Positions 12,501 through 23,518 of a stretch of 64,000 nucleotides of DNA are shown here, in pieces. Made by a program: the position numbers and the translations under genes. The notes below the pieces were generated by a model that saw only the letters and a program-made list of their open reading frames with translations, ran no database searches and was not told the DNA's origin. Within the stretch, counting starts at the first letter, position 1; every line of letters begins with the position of its first letter. Origin of the DNA: Eledone cirrhosa (lineage: Eukaryota); contig OZ024743.1 of NCBI GenBank assembly GCA_964016885.1, forward strand, positions 39,246,001 to 39,310,000. Reading direction: 5' to 3'.

Positions 12501-12942
12501 ATTGGTAAGCTAAGAGAGAGAGAGGGAAGGTTTACTTACCTCCCGGGTCTTGTGAAGGTCGGGTGGTTCGACCTCCATGGTTGGTGGGGTTTCTTTTGGG
12601 AACCCCTTTAAAAGTCTTGATGTGGGTTTCACATTCGGGTTTCTCACGTCTTGAGGAAAGCTCTCTCGAATTTCTTTGAAAAAATTGTGTGACATTCGGA
12701 CCAGAAGCAAATCTTCTGGACGCAAAATGTGCTCATTTCAAAAATCTCCCCCTCTGTTTGAATGTCCTCGCTTCGCGCTAAGAGGGCCATCAGTTTATAT
12801 GGCCCTTCTGACAAGCACGAAGTTTTTAACATTTTGTTGGTGTGGTTTTATATGTTTTCGTTTTGGTGAAGGTGGTGGTGATGGTTTTGGTGGTGTTGTT
12901 TCGGGTATGTCTATGTTTGTTGTAGGTGTGGTGTCTGCAATT

Positions 12943-14148
12943 TCAGGTATTTGTGTGTTTTGGTGTTGGTGGTGATCCGGCTGCTTTTGATATTGGTGTC
13001 CGTGTTTTTGTTGATGTTGTTTTTGGTGGTGGTGGTGGTGCAGCTTTCCGTGCTGACACTGGCGTTGGCAACAAAGGAGGATTGCGACCCCCTGCATTTT
13101 TGCGCTGAGGGCAGAAGGCTTGAAGATGCGTGGCTTCCCCGCAAACGAAGCAGCGTGGCCTTCTTCCGTCAATCATTAGTTGGATTGTTGTCCCGTCCTG
13201 CAGGCGGGCAAAATCTGGGATGTTATTTATATCCTCCGGTTTCATTTGGAGAAGAATCTCCAAATCCATTCCGGACCAGTCTTCTCTCTCTGTACTTTTG
13301 ATGTCCAGGAGGGTGGTGTCTGTCCCCTCCTCGATTACGCATCCAAGCAGCCACCATATGTTCATTCCTGGTGGGATGCTGGGAATGCGTACCTTCACTG
13401 TCCTTTTACCCATATAGGACGGATGCATGATAATGCGTTCCGTTCTGCAGGGGATCACCGAGTGCTTAATAGCGAGGGCCTCGGATTTGAACAGTACCGA
13501 GATGGTACCGAACTGTTTGCCTCTTGCTTTGTACTCTATGTTACTTCCGATGTACTCCAAAGCAGCCTCTACCTCTGCTTGGCTCGCAAGTTCCACTTTT
13601 CGTGTCTGCACCGAAATACATCGAAAGAGCACCGTCCTCCTTTGCATGGCCACTATTGCCTCGTCCGGGATGGTCAGGTTTGCCCAGGACTTCTCCCGTT
13701 TAATTAGCCTCCACGCTTTGGCTAACTGTTCTTCTTTATCGCTAATATCAATATCGATATTCAATAAGCGCTTTGTTTTTGCTGCTGCTGCTGCAGCAAA
13801 TGTGGTGTTTCTGATGCTCTTATTGTTGTTGTTGTCATTCTTGCTGTTGCCACCGCCATCCTTGTTTACATTGAAGCTGTCGGTGTTTTTGTCGTTATTG
13901 CTCTGAGTTGTTGTTGTTGTTGTGGTGGTGGTGGTGGTGGTGGTGGCGGTGGTGGTGATGTCGTTTTCAGATGATGCTGCTGCTATGCCAGAAGGTTGTG
14001 ATGGTAGCTTTTGAGTTTTGCCTTCACATTCAGTAGAGTGGATGACAGGCATGACTGTAGCCGTCGTAGTCGTGGTGAAATCTGCAGTGGCTGCCTTTAA
14101 ACTTTTGACCTGAACCTTGTTTACCGTTTCAATGTCGAAAATTTCCAT
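12943..14148 (-). CDS. Tx1 copy C ORF1 (gag-like nucleic-acid-binding protein)
   Basis: 401 aa with a CFVCGEATHLQAFC knuckle. It probably continues via a frameshift to ~12510, just before the ORF2 ATG. Confidence 0.82.
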   Translation of the reverse strand: MEIFDIETVNKVQVKSLKAATADFTTTTTATVMPVIHSTECEGKTQKLPSQPSGIAAASSENDITTTATTTTTTTTTTTTTQSNNDKNTDSFNVNKDGGGNSKNDNNNNKSIRNTTFAAAAAAKTKRLLNIDIDISDKEEQLAKAWRLIKREKSWANLTIPDEAIVAMQRRTVLFRCISVQTRKVELASQAEVEAALEYIGSNIEYKARGKQFGTISVLFKSEALAIKHSVIPCRTERIIMHPSYMGKRTVKVRIPSIPPGMNIWWLLGCVIEEGTDTTLLDIKSTEREDWSGMDLEILLQMKPEDINNIPDFARLQDGTTIQLMIDGRRPRCFVCGEATHLQAFCPQRKNAGGRNPPLLPTPVSARKAAPPPPPKTTSTKTRTPISKAAGSPPTPKHTNT

Positions 14149-14409
14149 AATTTTCTTTTGGTGTGGAAGCGATTTTTTTCGAAGATTTTAAAAAATAAAT
14201 CTGAATATCCGGGCTTAAGGCCCGAATATTGAGAGGTATCCCTCTCTTTAAATCAAGATGTGTATCTTAAGTTTCGTTAATGACAAGAAAATACAAAAAA
14301 AGACTCTTTAAAATAGCTTAAAGCTACGAACCTTTTCCCCCGCAGACTTGTCTGTCTTCACACATGTGCGGCCATAATAATAATAATAATAATAATAATA
14401 ATAGTAATA

Positions 14410-15797
14410 GGGAAGAAAAACTAAGTCAGTCATTCAAACATTACATTACAATGAAACTTATGCTTATTCATTTTTTAGGTTTTTTTTTTACTGTTTGTTG
14501 TTTGTTTATTTATGTTCGTCTACAGCGTGATAATGCCAGACAAAAATCACCGGGAGTGACGAAATCACCGGTGGTTATGTAACCATACATTCGCAAATCC
14601 TCGATAAGAGTGTTTAAATGTCGAAACTAAACAGTTCGAATAACGGTGAAATGTAGACTAGAATGTCATGTGACAGACTCTCACCCAACAGGTGCTCCCT
14701 GGCTCAGCAGCAGGTACCTGGCTGTCAACCAAATACTGCTGGTGTCGGAGAAAGAAGAAGAAGGAAAGGGACCAGAACCAACTGGACGAAAGAATTGAAT
14801 AAAACTGTTATGCAATGTCACCTGAAGAGTAACCCCAAGGAGAAAGGTTATAGGAAACGAATGCATAACATCTGGAACGAGATTGGTCTATTTAAATTAG
14901 ATGAACAAAAATTGGCCGGACAGGCTCGGGTAATAAGAACTAATGGGTGGATAAGCGAGCTGGAACTGGAGGAACTGAGCAGAGAGATTAGCTTGGAAAT
15001 GGAGAGTGGATATGCCAGGTAAACGAGCCAGTGGGAAATGAAGGTGAGGAGGTCGGGAAAACTGAGGAACCACACGAAGCAGACAATGATCTGAATGCTG
15101 AGATAAATAATACCTGGAACAGAGATACGGCCACTGAGGAGATAAATGTTGACGGACTAGGACAAGATTTGGTTGATATCCTAAACTTAGTGGTAGATGA
15201 ATTGAACAATGATAGTGGGAAACCTATGAACCTAAGATTTGTAGACAAGAAAAAGTTAAAAGAAACAACAGCTAAGGTAAACAAAGTCAGCCCATACCTT
15301 GAGGCGAGGAGCCTTCACCAGTGCAACAATATCCTCAAAGCAACAGCAAATACGGTGAGGAAACTACTTGGTATAAAAGCGAGAGGAAACAACAGACAAG
15401 AAAGATCAGAGCCTTGGTGGAAGAAACGACTGAGTGGTCAAATCAGAGAAATGAGAAATGACATTGGAAAGCTTGAGTCTCTACTAAATGGGACACTAAA
15501 AAACATAGACACTAAAAATAGACTGGAAATAAAGTACAAAACTAGGAGGAAAAAGCTAAATATTATCATAGAGGAACTGAAGCAACGCATTGTAGCAAAG
15601 AGTGCAAAAATCAGGCGATACGAGAACAGAGTCAGTCAGTATAGACAGAACCGCATGTTCGACAACAACCAGAAGATGCTGTTTGGACAGCTTGAAGGGA
15701 AAGAAAGAGGCAACGACTTGATTCCTGAGGCGGAACAAACTAAAACATTCTGGAGAGGAATATGGGAGCAGGATGTTAAACATAATGACCAGGCAGT
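14410..15797 (+). mobile_element. R4/Dong-clade element, 5' portion only (3'-deleted)
   Basis: ORFs 14663-15022 (WTKELNKTVMQC..GYRKRMHNIW..EQKLAGQARVI..GW) and 15031-15813 (PWWKKRL..RRYENRVSQYRQNRMF..FWRGIW) resemble the N-terminal pre-RT region of R4/Dong proteins. It starts after (AAT)n at 14374-14409; the 5' boundary is uncertain. Confidence 0.8.
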
Positions 15798-15929
15798 TTT
15801 ACCCGTTATATAGCAGATACCAATCGAATCGAAGTATAGATATATGATTACATCAGGCCGTTTTTGTGCACTACTCATAACATCTAATCCAGTACAACCT
15901 TGTGCATGTTCGGGTCATCGCCGACAAAA

Positions 15930-16860
15930 CTGGCATCTCTACCAAGATTATTTGGTGATGAGTGCGAGTTGGACTCCCTGCGAGACGACAAGCATTCGCC
16001 AACAAAGGGTAGAAGAGACAAGTTGGATCAAGGGCCATCCACTCAAACATATCCATGTTTATATATGGAGATTCAGGTGTTGGTTTTGCAATTAAAATGT
16101 TAATCCTAGAATATTTAAGAAGTTCCAAGTGGTAAATAAAATAGCCCTGCGAAAATACCAAAGCAGATTAAAACATTCAACATTGCTTATGAAATAAGCA
16201 AAGTAATAACGAAATCAAATTAACACACGGTCCCCGCCGTTAACAACAAAACAGGCGTTATCTACACGGTTGTGACTGGTATCATGGAAAGACTGTCTGA
16301 GTATTGCTGATATGTTTATAACCTTAAACTCAGATATTACATAAATATCATTGATAATTTCACAAACAAGAATACAGAAGTTAGTGATACTCCAATTGCC
16401 TAGTATAAATTCAAAACACGGTGCACTAGCTGAAAGACGGAAAATCCATAGGATTGGATAATGTCTTATCAGAGCTTCTAAATGGTAAAGGATAGTTACT
16501 TCTGTGAAGACATGGAAACGAAGAAATGACAAGACCAGAACGTTAATGATATCTATTCAGAAGAAAGGTAAGTCAAGAATCTATTAGAACTAAAACAACA
16601 GTTGTCTAATTAAGCACCCCAGGAGCACACTGCAACATTTTCTTCTAAACAAACTGAAAGAGAAGGCACAAACAATCTTGCAGAAAAACTTGTTTGAATT
16701 CAGAGAGAAATGGACTACAATGGGACGGATATTCAACATTAATCTGCTAATCGAGAAACATCTGCAATGATAATATGACATCTACCTTAAATTTATCATC
16801 TTCAAAACCTCTTTTGTACTTTGTTTGTCACGACAGTTTGTGGCAAGGACCCATGGAATC
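15930..16860 (+). mobile_element. Decayed RTE-like LINE fragment
   Basis: Degenerate translations GVGFAIK (APE), LKDGKSIGLDNVLSELL and GRIFNINLLIEKHLQ..YLKFIIFKTSF (RT), with many stops. Confidence 0.55.
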
Positions 16861-18129
16861 TAATGACTGCAATCAGGTAATTAGGTAAGGACAATTACAT
16901 CAGCTCTGATCTGGCTCTCATCTTTGGAGCTGGGAAGTTTTCAGTGGCAATTAGATAATTGTTTTGGATGTATTAAAATATCTAATGTACCATGAATGTT
17001 AATTATTAGCTCAAGCCATCACAGATATAGTTTCCTCCGCATAAGTACGTGTATATAATTAACTATCACATGTAATATCCTTCACGTTGAACACTATACA
17101 AATGTATTATGATAACGTATGACATGTTTGCAATGTTATATAATTTATTAATGTACAATCCGATATTATCCATACAATAGCTTCATAAAATAACTCTATA
17201 TATTTAAGTACCATGTGTGGAATGGAAAATCAAAATACCTAACCTGTGATGTAGTTAACATCGTCTATTGAGAAGTAAATATATGGCAATATTCGTTGTT
17301 AAATGTCATTTTGTCATTTTGCTTTATACATGAATTCAATTCAATGAAATTACAAGAACAAACGTTCATATATCTTCAGTTATTCATAAAATAAATAGTG
17401 ACAGGTTCAATTACGAACTACAAAGGTTAGAAGTCTTTAAATTGATGTTTATTGAGAACTAATTTAATCAAAGGAACGTTTTCGATTTACCGGGCACGTG
17501 AATATGTATGATATATGATATTGAGGGATTAAGTTTTCCTTTCATCCTAAATCCATTATGCCCTTCTATCTCGTCGACATTAGCTAACGTTCAGTCTTCC
17601 ATCGTTATATTCATATTCGCTGACCTCTCTATTCATCGTTTGTTCCCATATATATTATACAGGTTTGAAGTTATATACCAACATATTATGCAATAAGCAG
17701 TCATCTGCAACAGGACTAACTAACATGTTATCACCCTCCAATTATTTATCTTCAAAAAACCTGATGTATTTGTTATTTAACCGCAATCATGCTTGGTTGT
17801 CAGGTCGACCCTCTACCGATACTGCCAAACTATCACGTGATTATATTATTACATATTGTCATTGAAACGCTGAAGTTTGGAGGAATTGATAGAAACTCGT
17901 TCAGCACATTATGCAAAGTCTTCAACTGCGACAAAACGGTTGCTTATCCCTTAAAACTTGTTTTCTTTCTCTCGCGCTCCCTCTCTCTCCATCTCTTCCT
18001 CTCTCCCTCTCATTCTCTCTCTACTTCTCTCTCCATCCATCTATCTATAGAAGGATAGAGCCTAAATCAGAGACCAATATTGATTAATTATCTATTCATC
18101 TGACAATTCATAGATGTATCTGTCTAAAC

Positions 18130-18410
18130 AAATGAAAAGCATTCCTGAGTTCGTAATTCGTGAGAAAGTAATTTCGGGAAGTGGGTGGCTTGCTTTGCTA
18201 AGCTCAAACAAGCATGTAGTTAGAATGTCACAGGCAAGAATCGGTGGACATGTTTTACAGGTAATATCAACCGGTAGGAGACGCAGCGGTATACCCCGAT
18301 CAAGATGGTTTGTCTCACTTGAGGAACCCGCTGGATCAAACTGGGGACGGTTTGGATGCGCTTGAAGAAGTGTTTGAGAACCTTTCCCCACAACCCTAAG
18401 GCGGTGAAAA
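18130..18410 (+). mobile_element. Decayed RTE-like LINE 3' end
   Basis: HVVRMSQARIGGHVLQVISTGRRRSGIPRSRW resembles the RTE C-terminal GHV.RM...G.R..GRPR.RW motif. Confidence 0.6.
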
Positions 18411-19160
18411 ATGTCTAGTTTTGTTTCAAGCCAACAACTACAACGTCTACATACCCTATAAATAAGTGTGTGTATATATATTTATGAATATACATATATA
18501 TATGTGTGTATGTGTCTGTGTGTATGTATATATGTATATAAGAATATGCATGTAATGATGGTGAGAGAAAGAGAGAGAGGGGGGAGAGGCCCGAAGTGTA
18601 GTTTAAATATTCATTTAATGGTTCAGAAGTGAGCATTTTTTAACTGGAATTTCAGAGACAAGATAATCAGACAACAATTAAATTTTCCAATACCAGAACA
18701 TCGTAAATATGGAGAAACTTAATGGTGGGGTTAGTGATTGGTGGCTAGGTATATTTGAATGAGCGAGTGACGAGTGTGAATAGGTTAATATGAAAAGAAG
18801 AATGGAAGAAGTAAAATCTAGGAGAGATAAGGAAGGTGTGTGTGATAATAAAGTTAAGTTCCTGAATTTGATGTCAAGATGAAAGGGGGAATTATTAAAA
18901 GAAAGAGAGCAAAGTCTAAAAGAAATCAGAAAGTTATGGGCATAGTGTGTGTGATGCTGTTGGCAGTAGCAATTAGGAAGAGAGATAAAACTTCGTGCGA
19001 TCATGAGGAATAGGGTAAATGGGATGGGTGGGTGTCTATAGGCAAGGTGGCGAGTGTGTTCGGTGAATGCTGGATACAATGGATTATCCACTGAGTTTTC
19101 AACGAAAACAGTGAGTTAACCAGTAGGAAAATTGGTATCGCCATGGCATGAGTATGCTTG

Positions 19161-19367
19161 TTGTTACAGCTCACACCTATGTAGGTTTAGCTGACCTCCT
19201 ACAAGGTTGTATCTCATAGATTTCTTGGGTGTTATAATGATAGAGACCGAAGTCCTATCTTTTTGTTGCAGCTCACACATATGCAGGGTTAGCTGGCATC
19301 CTACAAGGTTGAATCTCATAAGAGGTTTCTTGAGTGCTTTAATGAGAAGGACCACAGTCCTATCATA
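19161..19367. repeat. Diverged tandem duplication, ~102-bp unit x2
   Basis: cagctcacac..tatg.agg.ttagctg...cctacaaggttg.atctcata...agtcctatc occurs twice. Confidence 0.8.
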
Positions 19368-20415
19368 TGGGGTATATTTGAAGAAACATTGACTGAACTT
19401 TGTTCTATACAGGTAGGTTAGACTCACGGGAAGAAACAATCTCACCTTGTCTACATTCAAGGATGTTCCACTTATGTCGCTTCAAGCATCATCTATCAAC
19501 ACACTGAAATTATTTCCTTTGCATTTTCATCACTCTGTAAAATTTACCGATATCTAAAAAAAATTAAAATTTTAAATTTAAATGTATAACATATTTACAA
19601 GAACTAACCTTGTAAAAAAACATATAGAACGAGAAATTTACAGAAGATACATGTACATTGAATGATACACAAAGTGAAAAAGAAAGTGGTAATATTAACT
19701 AAGTGTAATGGATTGTAGCGTCTGAAAAAATGTATTGCGGCATTTATTTATGGCACCTTACATTCTGCTGAATGCAACTTTGTTTTTTTACCCTTCCTGG
19801 TTTGTTTAAATATGGTGCCAGTCAGGTACTGACTATAATGTTCTTTTGCCTCAAAATTGTTGGCGGAGAGCCTAAATCACAGACCAAAATTGACTATATA
19901 AATTCATCAGGTTTTTTCTCTTTTGTAAATTCACAGATTACTTATGCGTTATCATAAGTGAAATATTAGGAGGTAATTAAAAGAAGGTTTATTTTATTTT
20001 AAGATACATTTAGATAGACACCAGTAAACAGAACCCTTTTTCAAGGAGATCCTATTCTAATCTTTCAATTATAGAAGGTATTTCCCACGTTTCAGTTCAT
20101 GAAAGCAATATGTGACAACAGCTGTCATAGTACAACGTATATGAAGTTAGTGTACAGAATGATAAAGAAAATTGAAGACTCGTTGTCATCATAATACCAT
20201 ATGCTGGTAATTATCTTGCATAATAACAGCTGCAACTAGTTTCATATGAACTAATGACAGTATGACAGGCACTACACTTCCTTTATACGAACACTGTATA
20301 TTAATGAACCTATTGATTTATCTTCTCAAATTTGCAGACAAATTTCTATTCGCATACACTCATGTGTCTGTTATGTGAATATTTGTGTGTGCTCCGTGTC
20401 ATTGTATTTCTCCCA

Positions 20416-20457
<42 letters not shown>

Positions 20458-20609
20458 TGGGAGAAATACAATCACACGGAGCACACACAAATATTCACAC
20501 AACAGACACATGAGTATATATATATATATCTATGTGTATAAAATATACATATATATATATGTAAGCAAATATCTGTGTGTGTATAAAAATATACATACAT
20601 ATATATGTG

Positions 20610-20640
<31 letters not shown>

Positions 20641-21374
20641 ATTTATATGCATGTAAACGTGCATGATTGTGCACGTGCGTGTGAGTATGCGTGTGTGTTT
20701 GCGCAAATTAATCAAATTTGTTGCGTTCACATAAATCACAATCACATTGGAAAATAAAAGTAAAATCCATAGACGTTGGCAAATTTCTAATTCGAATGAC
20801 AGAAGTGATTTACAACCGACTCTTATCAAATTTAAAATAAAACTAGTTACCTCGGGTAAAGCTTGTAGAAACAACAACTTTTGCATGAATTTAATCTTAC
20901 TATTCGTTAACAAAATTATAACTTCAGCATATTAGAATTTGATTAAAATATTAATTCTGTTTTTCTCATTGGATGTTAATCATTGCTGCTGAAAATTATA
21001 ACATAGGAAAAATTGTTGGAGAAATGACATTGTTAATATCCACCATATAAAACACAGCAGCATCTTGCTAGCTTATCCACTTAAAATGGTTAATATATCC
21101 TGCTCTAAAAGCTCTGTGATCAAATCGTATTCAAGTCATCTTTGTTTTTAATCATTTCGAGTTAAAGAAATAAAATGCCGTTCCAGTACGGGAGTTGATT
21201 TTTCCTTCATCGATATATTTCTCACTCACTCTTCCCTCTCTCGGAAGAATCGGCTCTGATCAAAGTTCAAAAGTGCTACACTGTGATTGAATGGCTAGGA
21301 TATGCGTTATATCACTACGACTTGATTGGCATTGGAGGATCTATGCCATGTAAATCTATCCTCTATTCCCCGTA

Positions 21375-21605
21375 GATTGTGTGTGACAGTTTGTGAGTTC
21401 GATACTCGGACCGAGTGCAACGTTACTGGTGCCAATCTGTATCGGCCATTGCCTTTCTATTGGACAACATCGGTGGAGGGGAGAGATGAGATTGGTATGC
21501 ATGGTCGACTGCTGGCCTTCTTCAAACAAAGCTTATTTATGCTTGTGTCTCGGAGGGACATTTTCTAGGTACAAAATAATGGTCGTTAGTGACAGATGGC
21601 GGCCT
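21375..21605 (+). mobile_element. Old SINE-like repeat ending at (CA)n
   Basis: B-box-like GAGTTCGATAC, and a body resembling a cephalopod SINE recalled from memory (ggtatgcatggtcgactgctggcc). Confidence 0.4.
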
Positions 21606-21626
21606 TCACACACACAAACACAAACA

Positions 21627-21678
<52 letters not shown>

Positions 21679-22367
21679 CAAACATACCCCCCCCCCCATA
21701 TATATATATATATATATATATATAACCAGTCAAACCATTACTCAGCAGATACCTGACACCTGGAGTAGTAGAGTGGATAATATGAAAATATTCAGGTCCT
21801 CGATAAATGAACGTCTAGTCCCGCGGTTTAAACGGCGGGAGCTCAGTCGTCGAGCTCCTGAATATTTTCATATATATATATAAATAAAGATCGGAGGCCG
21901 TATTCAGTTGATTCAGGTTTGTTTAAAACTCCATTACACATGTTTCACTGAAGACAGTCAGTTATGATACCCTGAGCTCTTCAAACGGCAAAACCTAAAA
22001 TAAACATTGAAAGTTCCTTTAACATTTGGAAAAATCTAATAATTTCCCCGAAAAAGATTTTCTTTTTATGACACAGGGGTCGGCCGAACACTTAGTGTTG
22101 TTTCTTTTACGGTCGGCCCCTGTAACATATATATATATATATATATATATGTATAGTAGTGGTTACACAACAGTTAGGTCACCATCCGAGAACAATTGTT
22201 TCACCTTAGCGGATCCTCAGCTCGTAAAGGATTACGAGCTGCGGATCCGCTAAGGTGAGACAATTGTTCTCGGTATTGTGAACTAACTGTTGTGTAACCA
22301 CTTCTACCTAGCTCATCCCATGGAATGAGTGCTCTACCACTACGGATATTACCTTCCAGTGTTCTAC

Positions 22368-22398
<31 letters not shown>

Positions 22399-22566
22399 GC
22401 GAGGGAAAAGGGGTAAGGAACCAGGTGGACCATAACACACCAAAGTACTCAATATTTAGGGTAGTAGAGTGGGTAATAGGAGTAAGTAAGACCCCGACGG
22501 CTGAGCTCAAGCCGTTTCGACGGCTAATTCTGTACAGACACACGGTTTACTGTGTTTCTTACTGCA

Positions 22567-22607
<41 letters not shown>

Positions 22608-22616
22608 TATTATTAT

Positions 22617-22654
<38 letters not shown>

Positions 22655-22838
22655 TGCAGTAAGAAACACAGTAAACCGTGTGTCTAATATTACAAGGGTG
22701 TGGTTTTTCAACCCTTGTAATATTAGACACACGGTTTACTGTGTTTCTTACTGCATATACATTATTAATCGGCTCAGTATTTTATGCTTGGAGCTTAAAA
22801 GTTACAGGGTTTCAATTGGAGTTTTAACTCTAATTTTC

Positions 22839-23068
<230 letters not shown>

Positions 23069-23273
23069 TTCGTTTCTGAATTTGTTTAGCAAGATTCTTT
23101 ATCTGAAATCGTGTGTTGAAACCGATATTGTTATACTTTGGGAGGGTCATGTTGCCAATAAGAAACACACGCACCAGTTGTTTCACTTCAATTCATTATA
23201 TATTTATAAATTTATAAATTTATAAATTTCTGGTTGGTTGGTTGGTTCCACAATCAGATAGTTGTTTATATAT

Positions 23274-23318
23274 AGTCATAGTTCTTTCGTCCCACACTCT
23301 GTGACCTCTTCAGTGACT
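23274..23318 (-). ncRNA. Minimal hammerhead ribozyme motif in PLE-1 pLTR
   Basis: AGUCA-CUGAAGA-G-GUCAC..GGGAC-GAAA-GAAC-UA/UGACU, with stem I AGUCA/UGACU. Confidence 0.7.
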
Positions 23319-23518
23319 GGGGATTCCTTTCTTTGTTTCTGTGCCTCTCCTTTGTTCTGTCCTACGCCATTTTGTTTCTGTGTGTGTGTTGTGTGCTCAG
23401 TCTGCGCATGCGCCACATCCGGGTGTCTGCGTGTGTTTATGTTCATTTATTTATTTGTTTATTTACATGTTACTGGTTGGTTGTTTGTTCTATGTGTGTG
23501 TGTGTTTTCATTTTTTCC

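Larger units (their letters stand above)
8806..14373 (-). mobile_element. Tx1/L1-clade element copy C, full length (~5.6 kb), divergent family, frameshifted
   Basis: 5' UTR, ORF1 from 14148, ORF2 12500-9082 in four frames, and a 3' end ...AATAAATGAAATC(ATT)n. (AAT)n lies on both sides. Confidence 0.95.

Noticed and set aside
14585-14645. Ribozyme-like GAAACUAAACAGUU with ATTCG/CGAAT pairing in the Dong 5' region
   Set aside because: No CUGANGA core and no convincing HDV-like fold by eye.
4272-15797. Idea that the two Dong pieces are one element split by the Tx1 insertions
   Set aside because: The order is wrong (the 3' part lies upstream of the 5' part on the same strand), so they are separate insertions.
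18678-19091. 137-aa ORF, possibly a decayed PLE endonuclease tail
   Set aside because: Only vague similarity and low complexity.
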